Assembly (NCBI GenBank): GCA_002269645.1
Contig: NIVC01000818.1
Coordinates: 1-64,000, forward strand
Source: Macrostomum lignano
Taxonomy: Eukaryota
Length of the DNA stretch: 64,000 bases
Direction of reading: 5' to 3'
Shown here one piece after another: positions 25,601-36,466 of this stretch. The notes beneath the pieces were generated by a model. The model did not search any database. It saw nothing but the letters and a program-made list of their open reading frames with translations, and was not told the DNA's origin. The number at the start of each line of letters is the position of its first letter. Within the stretch, counting starts at the first letter, position 1. Both the position numbers and the translations under genes were made by a program.

Positions 25601-27209
25601 CTACGATTTTAGATGACGCTTCTATGATTTTTACCATGACGCTTCTATGATTGTTTACATGACGCTTCTATGATGGTTGACATGACGCTTCTATGATAGT
25701 TTACATGACGCTTCTATGATGGTTTACATGACGCTTCTATGATTTTTTTAAATGACGCTTCTATGATTTTTATATGACACTTCTATGATTTTTTACATGA
25801 CGCTTCAATGATTTTTTACATGACGCTTCTATGGTTTTTTACATGACGCCTTTTGTCCTTTATTTGACCTTGAATAAAAGCTTTTAATAAAAAACTTTTC
25901 ACTACTAAGATTCGAACCCAGGTCGCTGCATTTGCAGTCCAGTCTGTTCACATCTAGGCTAGCTCTTATCGAATTTTATAAATTAAATTGTAGCACTTAT
26001 ATAATTCAACACTCACTCACGAAGCAGTTATGACATAATCAATTTCCCAGGCAAGTCAGTATCAGTCTCTATTAAAGTTGACAATATGGTTACGCAATCT
26101 AAATCAAGTCTGGTGCTATGCTTCCACACTGCATTTTCAATACTGTGACGCAATTCAAGTCGGAGTTACAATTCATTTATGATGCAATCTATTTCAGAAT
26201 CAGATTCAACCAGTCAATTTTTCTCTTAGCATTCTTACAATGCATTTCAAGTCGAAAAGTTTGCTTGACCTTTGCAAAAAAGCATGTTTTTCGAATATTT
26301 AATTGCTTTAACATGGAGCAATTTCTTAGCCAAGATGCATGTACCATCACGGGAAAATTTCTGATTGAACAGTGCAAGTCTCATGAAAATCGGTCCAGCC
26401 ATTTTTTCTCTAATCGATTGCGTACAAACAAACAAGATTTTCATTTTTAGTATATTGGATGATGACCATATTATATAAAACAAAATGTTGAGATCAAAAA
26501 ACAATTTGTAGTAAAGATTAATTAAAGAATTAATATAGGCCTAAGACTTAAAGTTTAAATAAACAAAATATATAATAAAAAAGGTAGTAAAATAAAAAAA
26601 AGCAGATAGAGAAAAAATTATATAAATAAAAATACAAACAAATAAAATCAAAAATTATTTTATTGATTGAGGTATGAGCTTTGAAATTTGATACTTATGT
26701 TATTATTTATTACTAATTACTATTAGATAGGCTTAGGGCCTAGGCCTATCTTATAATTTTAGACCTAACCTAGCCTAGCCTAGCCTTACCTAGGACAGCC
26801 TAGGTAGGATTCTTATTATGGTCTAGGTCTAGACTAAGACATTTTAAGGCCTAATAGGGCTGTAGGCTTATGTAGCAATATAAAATCTCTATTAAAATGT
26901 TAAGTTTTAAAGTTTATATTATAAATATTGATTTCAAACAATCAAACTCACTGATTTTAAATCAAAGATTCATATTCATTTTTCATCATGTTGTTCAGGC
27001 CTAATAACAATATAGGGCTATTAGTATTACTAGGCCCTAGGCTAGGCCCTAAGCCTAATTAAGAGTTTAAAAACAAGTCATAGGCCTAGGCCTAACTCTT
27101 ATCAATTTAGCCTAAGCCTAAGAGGAAGGTTACTTACCCTTAAAATGTGAAAAGCATAGCTTTTATTTCTATCAAAATAATCACCTTTATTACTGAACAC
27201 CTGGCCCAT
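19668..27209 (-). CDS. GORASP2: GRASP55/65 Golgi reassembly stacking protein (exons 27209-27138, 21679-21599, 20234-19668; 239 aa)
   Basis: Exon 1 MGQVFSNKGDYFDRNKSYAFHILR|GTAAGT (Gly2 myristoylation motif). Exon 2 VQHNSPAKQAGLQPYFDFILAINGQHV|GTAAGG. Exon 3 has WGGHGLLGVSVRLC, WRVLDVAPGSPASVAGLRPDSDFIVG and [20 protein letters not shown]. Both introns are phase 0. GORASP1 versus GORASP2 cannot be distinguished in an invertebrate. Confidence 0.93.
20300..21540. repeat. Composite GGCGCC-containing minisatellite (about 45-52-nt two-part unit) filling GRASP intron 2
   Basis: Alternating TTTTGGCGCCGAAGGCAAGCATCCA and TTTTGGCGCCGCACAGGCACTTA subunits. Confidence 0.95.
23033..23112. repeat. Interstitial telomere-like (CCCTAA)n tract; a second copy lies at 40797-40858
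   Basis: Imperfect CCCTAA hexamers inside both Helitron-like copies. Confidence 0.9.
24020..25790. repeat. 22-24-nt satellite CATGACGCTTCTATGATTTTTTA inside Helitron-like copy 1
   Basis: About 75 copies with variable T-run length. Confidence 0.95.
25903..25962 (-). other. tRNA(Cys)-like Pol III promoter fragment embedded in the Helitron-like element; a second copy lies at 43359-43418
   Basis: Minus strand reads TAGCCTAGATGTGAACAGACTGGACTGCAAATGCAGCGACCTGGGTTCGAATC: A-box, CTGCAAA anticodon-like loop, B-box. The acceptor stem does not pair. Confidence 0.6.
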
Positions 27210-28500
27210 ATTAAATATTTTTCATCTCAATTCTCTATTTAGACTATTTCTATTTGGCTTTAGGTGTACCAGGCCAGGGCGATTAAGACAATTCATAGGC
27301 TAGGCCTATGCTAATGCCAAAGCTGATGTTCAACCCTTACTAGGCCTAGGCTATACAACATCAATAAATGCAAGGGGCTAAGGAAAATTTCTGGGTTTTC
27401 TAGCCAACACTAAGTAGTACGGGCCTAAGTCAATAACCAATCAATTTTATAGGGCTAGGCTAAGCCTAATTATAAAAGAAAAGCCTTTAAATCTTTTTAA
27501 GGCTTTTCATCCCGCCTTTAAATCTAATCAATTTTACTTCACTAAATACCAAAAACAATTGAGTAGCTTGACCTCAGACAGATGTAGAATAACTCGTGTG
27601 AATTGTGATCATCAATGGCTAGTCGTCGTTCTGGCACGGACTGGCAGTTTCAGCAATTTAAAAAGTTTACTTGTTGAAACAAATTTAAAGCGTTTTGTGC
27701 TTGTTTATTAAAATATTTTAGTATTATGCGCCATAATTAGGCTTTTAAGCTAGAGTAATTTTTTAAAGTTCCACTAACTGATCACAAAAATACTGAAGTA
27801 TGTTTGTATTAGAAAGCGGACCTGTTTAAAATGTGTGAAACAATTAAAAAAACAACTCATATTGCAGAAAGAACAATATTAATAGTTATTATGTTTTGAA
27901 ACTGGGTGTGTCAGTGAAGAGAAATGTATGCTTAATAAATAAATATGATTATTTTTACCATATATAGTAGCAGCCTTTTAAGTTTAATTTCTCATTGATA
28001 TTTTTCAACTAAGTATTCGCGCAAATCAAATCATGAAGTTACTACTACTAGTTCTATTCTAATATATTAACCAAGTAGTTTCTTTTTCAAAGAGCATTTT
28101 TATTAAAGTAAATTGGCCTGCTTGGTATAAAAACTAGGTATTGGCTTTAATAAGGGGCAACCAATGGGCAAAGGGGTCAGCCAACCCCCATAGCACCCCT
28201 TTTTGGGTCTTCAACACTGGAATCCCCCCTCAATGAATTTCTGATTGTGTCAGTGGCTTAAATCCAAATAAATTTAAACTTAAAGCTAAATGAAAAGACG
28301 ATAAACTGAGAAATAAATCATAAGATCAGGTTTAACTCTAATCAACTGTTTGAAATTTAAAAAATATCAAATTTTTAGAAGAGATAAATTTGACTTAATT
28401 GTAAGATGCAATGAAATGCAATACCTGGAACTGTCTACTTATTTATTTTTTCCTTTTCAGGCAGAAGATTAGAACAAGGTACACCTTGGCTCTGAAGTCC

Positions 28501-31500
28501 ATGAAAGCGCAACCAGAAAACACAACTCAGCAGACTTCTCAGCCAGACAAACAGTCAAAACAGTAAGTCTGGCCTTTGATAAAATTTTAAAGTTTTAAGC
28601 CCAATGCAAAAGCATAATTTCGAATACCCCATCAGGTGGCGAACCAGTTCAGCGCCTCTTCCAGCTGAGCAGCCCGCGGCGCCGCAGCTGCTGCTGAGCC
28701 TCGCCGCCGATGCCAGCCAGGCTGATCGGCTCCGCAGTCTGCTGCTCGAGACACCCCAGGCTGAGCTTCAGTCAACTAGCGAGCCGGACACCGGGCACTC
28801 GCCATTGATCAAAGCCGCTCTGCATGGCAACTCGACTGCCGTGCGCCTGCTGGTGAGCAGCGGCGCCAACTTGACTGCCGTGAGCGTCGGCGGTCACACT
28901 GCCCTGCACCTCAGCGCCATGCGCGGCGACTGCGACTCGGTGCGCTGCCTGCTCGACGCCGGGGCCCAGCCGACGGTCTTGAATTCGGCCGGCAAGTCGC
29001 CGCTGGACTTGGCCACTAGGGAGGAAGTCCGGCGCCTGCTTGGCGCTGCTGCGGGCTCAAACAACAGCGGCAGCAATGCTGCTACGGTATCGGCTGCAAA
29101 TCAGGTGAGATGTCGTTCCTGCCTACCTACTTGTTAGTAGGAAGTCGCAGGAATCCACCTAACACTAAAAATGAAATTGAGAAGACAGAGTAAGCATCTC
29201 TGCATGCCTGTACGAGTACGATAACAATTCCTAATGTAAGGTCGAGCCTTTGCAACTGGGTCTTCCTTATTAGAGGCAAGGGGCTGTGTGCACCCTAGCG
29301 CACTTTAAGCGACATTGTCACGCAACCGGCGAGAGGCATTACTGCCGATTCCTTTGACTCCCCTGAGCAGGCACACAAGCGCGCGGATACGTACGCAGTC
29401 ATACACACAGGCACACACTCACACAGGAGTGTACAGCGACCGTAACTTTATTTCTCGTTAGGCATGTACACTTCACTGTGCCTCGGGGGTTGGCCCTCAA
29501 GGGCGTTAATTGCACGAGCAGAGCCAAGCCGAGAATCCAATTTAGCCCCAAATTAATGTGACTGCACTTGGAATCGAGCCTGAGCCGCTGGCACATCAGA
29601 GCATTGCGCTGGACCTGGAGCTACAGCCCCGAAACTTGGCCTGTGAAATTTGCCAACTGGTATTTTTTGCCAGCAATGCCCCAATTTTCTGACGTGAAGC
29701 TAAAATCAACTGTTCCCACTTGTAATAAAATAAACCATTGTTTGCATGAAATTCAGCTGAAAGTCGTACCTAGGAATGCAGGCTATAACTTAATAGACTT
29801 AACAAAAGATATCATTGCGCTGGTTTTAAGAATGCATAAACTTTTGCTTCTGAGGAAAAATCAAGTTGGAAAATGGCACTCTGCAAACCCTAAACGACAA
29901 AAATGAATGTCCCAGCTCCAACATGTCACTTACCCTACAGTTGCCATCCGACCCGCCATGTCACTTACCCTACAGTTGCCATCCGACCCGCCATGTCACT
30001 TACCCTACAGTTGCCATCCGACCCGCCTGCTACTGCTGGAGAAATTGCGTCATCATCAAGCGAGCACCCAGCCTCCGCCTCCACCTCCGCCGCCTCCTCT
30101 GCCGCAACCTCGATGCCCGCCGCCATCTCCGGCCCCAAGAAGCTGCCTCGCTGTGGTCCCGTCGCGGGACACCCAGACACGGCAGCCACGCAGCAAGCGG
30201 CAGAACACCGAGCCGCCGTGAAAGACTTTCTGCAGAAGAGGCGCAAAAACGGAGCGACAAAATCGCCACTAAAAAAGCCGGCGGAGAAGTCAAAAATTGC
30301 GCCGAGTCCAGAGTCGAGTTCGGCTCTGCTGGGTAGCAACGCTGTGGCAACGGGAGTTGAAAGGTGAATATGCCTGAATGGTAAATATCCTCTGTAATTT
30401 AAACTGTTATGTAAAATCCTCTCTGCCTCCATTAGCGAGCAAATAGAGGCAAGCGTCCACGAAAGAATCGCCTCTATATTACTTTTATCGGTTATCCTAG
30501 CATTTTTGTCAGGCACAGATTTGTTGCGACTTTTCTGTCTCTTTCAACGTAACTCTCGAAGATTTAAACTGCTTTGGAATTATTAGAGTAGTTGATCGAC
30601 ACTCAACACGTGTGATTTCCTTAAATAGGTCGATTGCGCAGAACGCTACAAGCAACAAAGACCTCAAATCATCAAACGAAAGCAGCAATAAAGACCTCCA
30701 ATCATCAAACGAAAGCAACAACAAAGACCTCAAACCATCATACGAAAGTCACAACAAAGACCTCAAACCATCAGACGAAAGCAGCAACAAAGACCTCAAA
30801 CCATCAGACGAAAGCAGCAACAAAGACCTCAAACCATCAGGCGAAAGTCACAACAAAGACCTCAAACCATCAGACGAAAGTCACAACAAAGACCTCAAAC
30901 CATCAAGCGACAGTAGCAACAAAGACCTGGCCAGCAGCGACTCACTGCTGCAGTGGCGCCAGGGTCCCCTGCTGGGCCGCGGCAGCTACGGCAGCGTACA
31001 CCAGGGCCTCACCGACTGCGGTCGCATCATCGCTGTCAAACGAGTCTTTGTCGACTGCGCAGCCGAGCTCCGCCGAATCCGGCGAGAAGTGGACATCCTG
31101 AGCTGCATGAGCCACCCGAACATCGTACAGTTGTTCGGCACCCGAGAGTCTGACGAAGAATTTCACATCGCCATGGAGCTGGTGCCTGGCGGCAGCATCC
31201 GCAGTCTGCTGGACCGCTTCGGCGCCCTGACCGAGCGGCAGTGCCGCGGCTACCTGGGCCAGGCAGTCAGCGGGCTGGCCTTCCTGCACCAGAACGGCAT
31301 CCTGCACGGAGACATCAAGGTAAGAAGATCCGGGTCTTTCTTCGATTTACAAATGTGTCATTTAAACTAATCATAGAAAAGTGTTAAGCAGAATTTTCTA
31401 TTTATTTTATATATTATTCAATTTATTATTTACAACGGTAACTTCTAGTGGTCCTTGAAACAAAAGTTGTTATACTCGTAGTGCTTATTAAACTGTTATG

Positions 31501-32309
31501 ACATTTCAAGTTCTTACATGTCATCGCAACACTATCACCATAAACCTGGTTTCTATCCGTGACTCTGTAACTCAGGTGTCCATGGGGTGTGTCCATTAGC
31601 TTTTTACTACTGCTAACTAGTTTTAAATAGTAATTAATAAAACAGGTTTTTCCCCGGTTTTACAGTAGCATATTGTTGCATCCTTGGAAGATTTTGGCAG
31701 TCTGAGAATTGAGTAGCGCTCAGGGGGTCAGCGGAATGGGTCTGACTGATGCCTCCTCGCTGGCTGCCGGCTGACTGTCGCCCTGATTTACAGCTCCCAG
31801 CACATCCGCAGGGCCACAACATCATGGTGTCGGACGCGGGTGTTGTCAAACTGATCGACTTCGGCTGCTCCCGCCGGCTGCACCAACACCTTGGCGGCGG
31901 CAGCGGGGGCGGTGATCAACCCCCGGCTCTGGCAGCCGCCGCCTCGTTGGACGCGGCCTCGCTGAACGGCACGCCCTACTGGATGGCCCCGGAGCTCGTG
32001 CTTGCGTTCGGCGGCGGCGCTGCAACCGCGGCTGCCAGAGACGGCGACGGTCAGCAGCTGAAGTCGGACTGCTGGTCCATCGGCTGCACGCTGCTCGAGA
32101 TGGCCACCACGCTGCCGCCCTACTCGGACATGCCGCCCCTGGCCGCCGTGTTCGCCATCGGGCGCGGCTCGCCGGAGCCTCCGGCTTTGCCTCAGGGCTT
32201 CTCAGAACCGGCGGCCGAGTTCTACGCGAACTGCCTGCGGCGCGAGCCGGCGAGCCGCCCCACTGCCCAGGAGCTGCTGCGACACGAATTCCTGCTGGCG
32301 TCGCCTTGA
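28501..32309 (+). CDS. MAP3K19: Ankyrin-repeat MAP3K19/YSK4-like Ser/Thr kinase (exons 28501-28562, 28636-29104, 30011-30363, 30629-31319, 31812-32309; about 690 aa; may extend 5')
   Basis: Ankyrin motifs GHSPLIKAALHGN, GHTALHLSAMRGD and GKSPLDLA. Kinase motifs WRQGPLLGRGSYG, IAVK, HGDIK|GHN, KLIDFGC, GTPYWMAPE and KSDCWSIGCT. All four introns are GT-AG with matching phases (2,0,2,0), and the total of 2073 nt is divisible by 3. The frame stays open back to the acceptor at 28460. Orthology is assigned from motif recall. Confidence 0.85.
29270..29555 (-). mobile_element. Short Helitron-like repeat, family B; other copies at 40005-40283 and 56574-56810
   Basis: Shared body GCACTTTAAGCGACA..CAACCGGCGAGAGGCATT..TACGTACGCAGTC. 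Copies at 29270 and 56574 end in CTAA|T on the minus strand (CTRR). Confidence 0.65.
29560..29630 (-). mobile_element. Degenerate tRNA-derived SINE head, same family as 45246-45318
   Basis: GACTGCACTTGGAATCGAGCCTGAGCCGCTGGCACATCAGAGC matches the copy at 45246. Confidence 0.7.
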
Positions 32310-32497
32310 GACGTCTTCGAAGTCGAAGGACACCGTGAACTTGGCACAGAGAGCTGTTCGCTGAAGTTTCTACGAGTCATTCATTTTTTTTGAAAAAAGT
32401 TAAAATTTACTTTGGGTATCGGGTGTTTTTAATTAGCTGCTCCAATGCACTTCAGAATTATAATTACTTTGGCACCTCAAGAAAGCAAGTAGGCGGC

Positions 32498-32878
32498 GCC
32501 CCTAGCACCCACATCGGCGCCTCTAGAATCCACATCGGCGCCCCCAGCACCCACATCGGCGCCCCCAGCACCCACATCGGCGCCCCCAGCACCCACATCG
32601 GTGCCCCTAGCACCCACATCGGTGCCCCTAACACCCAAATCGGTGCCCCTAGCACCCACATCGGTGCCCCTAGCACCCACATCGGTGCCCCTAGCACTCA
32701 TATCGGCGCCCCTAGCACCCACATCGGCGCCCCCAGCACCCACATCGGCGCCCCCAGCACCCACATCGGTGCCCCCTGCACCCACATCGGCGCCCCCAGC
32801 ACCCACATCGGTGCCCCTAGCACCACATCGGTGCCCCTAGCACCCACATCGGTGCCCCCTGCACCCACATCGGCGCCT
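32498..32878. repeat. 21-nt minisatellite GGCGCCCCCAGCACCCACATC
   Basis: About 17 copies downstream of the kinase stop codon. Confidence 0.95.
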
Positions 32879-33568
32879 CTGTCAACATTTTTCGGGAGCA
32901 GGCTTGCTTGCTGAGGTTTTGTGCCTTCTTGGGCGGACGTTGTATTTTTTTTCTTGAGATAAAGCTTACTAAAGGGGTGAAAAGTTTCGAATTAATTTTA
33001 GTTGTAAAAATAAGTTTTTTATTAAGGAGTTTCTTTATTAGTTTTGAGCACTATTAATAAAAAATCACACTACTGCTGTACTGCTTTCTTAAACAGTTTC
33101 AGACTTCTTGATATGCTAGGCCATGACTTCTGACGCATCATCATTGACATCATTATTTGTTTGTTAACATTGCATTTTTGCGAAAATATACTTCTTGTCA
33201 AATTTATACCATGAGTGCTTATTTATCTATCCTAAAATCAACTCAGACATCTTTGTTAAACGTTTCGAATTTTTAAATTGTCTTTGCTGACAATAAGTAC
33301 ATCACCGTAATTTCTTCTTGAGACTCTTCGTCGACGCTTGAAAAGCAAGTCTCACTTTCGCTTTCCGAAAAATTCGGCACAGGTTCGGCCGTAGACATAA
33401 CTGAATTGAGATCATTTGCGCGCTGGGAACCGCATTAGTTCATCCTACTGCATTCACAGCTGGCTAAACTCTAATCAAATAAGGTTCTCAGTTGTTAAGC
33501 TCAAATTTATAACTTCTCACTTTATTGGAAGCACCGCCTTTGGCTGCTCAAAAGACCCCGGGCGCGGC

Positions 33569-34807
33569 ATGGCAACTTCGTCACCCAGCGGATCCGACAG
33601 CGGCCCGGCTGGCTTGGCCGAAGGCTTCGATCTGTCCGGCCTGTCCTCGGCTGTCCTCGGTCACCTGGAGCAGGCGATGTCGCCGATCCTGGAGACTGTG
33701 GTCCGCGACCAGGTGCACCGCAGTCTGCACCGCATTGAGCGCCACTTGACCAGGCGGGACCCGGCCGCCATGCAGAAGCTGTTCGACGCCTACTCAGCCG
33801 GGACCTTCGCCGACCCGCGCAACACCAACCAGAACGCTCAGGTTGGACCGACGCGCTTCCTGGCGCTGCCGCCACAGCAGTTGCAGCAACTTGAGCAGCA
33901 GAAGCAGGAAGAGCCTGTAGTGTTTAATTACAACCAGACCCGGATGGAGCAGGACCACATTGACCTGCGCGTGGTTGGTAAGCTGGCCTTACATTCAGCT
34001 CACTAGCTTACAATTGAAGAAAACCCAGGAACTGAGAATCATTTTCCTCTCCAGACTGGTTTCCCAGAAGCCCCGAAACGACCCCTCAAACCCGCAGAGC
34101 ACCTCAAGATTCCGCAGGGCATCGCTCTGCGCAGTCTGATCGTGCCCCAGCCTCCGGACGCTCTGTTCACCGAAGACTATCCGGACATGCCGATAGATGA
34201 GATTCTGCAGCAGCAGCAGGGCTTTGAATGGCTCGATACGAACGTCAGCAACGCCGAGCAGTGCTCTCGGCGAGCGATGTCCCGAGAGATAGTGAAGCAG
34301 AGCCTTGACGACTGGGTGTTCCTCTACTTCCGAGTGCAGAAGCGCAACTGGGAGAGCACGGTAGTCGAGGAGAAGAAGAACGCGCCGGACGTGAACATGT
34401 ACGCGGAGGATCAGGTGCACAAATGGACTCTGAAACTGCGCTTCAAAATGCTGCGCCTAGCGCCCATCAAGATGGCCCTGAACGCATTCCTGTCCAGAAT
34501 GGGGCTGGAGAGCAACCCCAACATCATTTTCTGCCGGGACGGCTTCTACGGCCTCATGGACGTCGGCAACATCTACGGCGAGCTCAACAAGACGCCCTGC
34601 GCTATGATCAGCTTCAACTCGACGCCGAAGTACCTCGGCTTGAAGAACGGCGACGGCATCTTTGTGAACTCGGTGACCGGCACCCAGCGCCAGATGATGG
34701 AGGACGTGCCGCGGCAGGAGGGGCCAAAGAAGAAGGCCAAGGACCAAGGCGAGGGCGAGGGCGAAGAGGGCGAGTTCGAGTTTGTGGAGGAGGGTGATGA
34801 GGAATGA
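33569..34807 (+). CDS. Protein with a divergent SUMO-like domain, a basic patch and an acidic tail (exons 33569-33977, 34068-34807; 382 aa)
   Basis: DHIDLRVV resembles SUMO beta-1 (DHINLKVAG). LRFKMLRLAPIKMALNAFLSRMGL..IIFCRDG..STPKYLGLKNGDGIFV aligns by eye with the SUMO core. Phase-1 intron GTAAGC(33978)..CCCAG(34067). No terminal Gly-Gly. Confidence 0.7.
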
Positions 34808-36293
34808 GAGGAGCTAAACATTTGATCGATTGGCTCGCCGCTGCCCGATGTTTTGCTTTATTTATTCTCCCACTTCCAAGCTTTTTTCTACATTTTTCTT
34901 TGTAATTTCTTTTGAAAAATCTCAAGGAAAAAAAGAAAAGCATTTTGTTAGAAGAGAATTTTCGTGGCCGGATGTGATTTCCATAATTTTCTTTGCCTGC
35001 CGTTGCCACCCCGCCCCCACCCGAGCTCAGAAGTCGTGCGCTGTACTTGCTAAGTAAAACAACTTCAGGCAGAGCTCCCCCCGTCTCCGTAGCTTGTACG
35101 AAAAAAATAAAACCAGCAGACAGCGGTCTCAACTTGAGGAGGAATCGTTACACTAAAATATAACTACTTTTTTGTCAGAGACGCTCGTTTGACAGAATCA
35201 GCATTTGCTAAAATGAAAAGCGTGGTCTGCTAGCCAGCCCTAGCTCTCGCTTGCATCATCAAAGATGCTATTTTTACGACAATCGTTTGTCTACAGCTCA
35301 CAGCTGTCAATCTTGACCAGTCAATCCATTCAACACAATGGCAATGCGCTGAATGAATCCAGCATCCCGAATGCGCTCACATCGAACTCTTCCTTCCTCA
35401 ACTGAGCTCCCAGTTGCGCCACACTCGCTGCCGATCAAGCCAAACCCCCCCCCTATTGTTAGCCACAACTTTGACTTCCTGGACCACCGCACCGGGCTGT
35501 CTCATTGTATCTGGCAGTTGTCTCAGTTTCCTGAGTCTCGCTATTCATCTCTCTCTTAGTGTGCCCGCCCCTCCCCATCTCCCTGCTTCAATACAAGCAT
35601 TCATCGGCTGCTTCCATTAAGTTTGCAAACAACTAACGGAGTAAAAATCACCCCCCCCCCTAAGCTTTAAGACAACATCGATAAACAGTTTTTGTTGTCA
35701 AGGCAACCGAGTAGAGATAGTGTGAAGCTGTGTATTCTGGCAAGTCGCAAGAAAATTCCTGTCCAATAGCTACACATGTCAGACTTTTTCTGAAGATTTC
35801 TAAAGAAACGCCTGCTTAGCGAGTTGAGCCACAAAGGTCAGTTGGCTGGGCCTGGATAATAGTGGTTTCTTTGTGACATTCTATTCGAAATTCGGACGTT
35901 GCTGAGAGAGAAAGCAACTTCGGTAAAGAGAACAGCATGGTTTTTTATGGCTCTGCTGCAACTCAAGGCAATGGCCAAGTCGCTCTCTGTAGGGCCCTGT
36001 TGGGACTCAACATCCGTATCTTCACTTGGTTTCGTACAGTTCAACAATGACCGTCCCAGTGTTGCTCGGAGTCACAGCAGTCATGCAGAGAACTTCGCTG
36101 TTTTTCGCGCGCGCTTCAGCTTCCTGAAGGCGATCCGCAAATTCTGGAAATTGCTAGCCACTATAGCCGTGTCAGCCGTGGAAGCTAAGCTGTTTGTGCT
36201 TTGCTGGTTCCCATGGCAACTAAGCAGTCTTAACTGCTTGCCAGCCTGCCTCGGGAGAGTTAAAGTGTCACTAAGCCCCGCAAGTCGCAGCAA

Positions 36294-36361
36294 CCAATGA
36301 AATTTCATCTGCGTCACATCAATTCATGCCATTGTTTTTTGTGACGAATTTCGCATATAAT
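36294..36361 (+). promoter_or_regulatory. CCAAT box and TATA-like element of WSC-PAN copy 2, conserved upstream of copies 5 and 6
   Basis: AACCAATGA (CCAAT at 36294) and CATATAAT (TATAAT at 36356), about 110 nt before the ATG. The same motifs occur at 54494/54545. Copy 6 has CCAAT at 61778 and TATACA near 61840. Confidence 0.6.
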
Positions 36362-36466
36362 ACACATCTGTCTGAGAGGTATCTTGGCTTGCCTGCAAAT
36401 CTAGTCAAAGGGTGTCCAGCAGCCTTCAGCCATCATCCAGCTTACTGTAACCGCCGGTGCGCCAGC

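Larger units (their letters stand above)
22812..26459 (-). mobile_element. Non-autonomous Helitron-like composite element, copy 1 (in GRASP intron 1)
   Basis: On the minus strand it begins A|TC (26459) and ends CTAG|T (22815-22812), with a GC-rich imperfect hairpin next to the CTAG. It is collinear and highly similar to 40593-43912. Confidence 0.7.

Noticed and set aside
18045-25790. CRISPR-like regularly spaced 23-50-nt repeats here and elsewhere
   Set aside because: Units are directly tandem with no unique spacers, there are no cas genes, and the DNA is eukaryotic.
25903-25962. Functional tRNA-Cys gene (also the heads at 5175, 17040, 39469, 43359, 45318, 63099)
   Set aside because: A and B boxes are present but the acceptor stems do not pair, and the heads are embedded in repeated elements. 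They are treated as SINE- or tRNA-derived.
33960-34420. Alternative splice joining DHIDLRVVG directly to the SUMO core to give a compact SUMO
   Set aside because: The nearest suitable AG (34413-34414) is phase 0 while the strong donor at 33978 is phase 1, and there is no polypyrimidine tract. Not supported.
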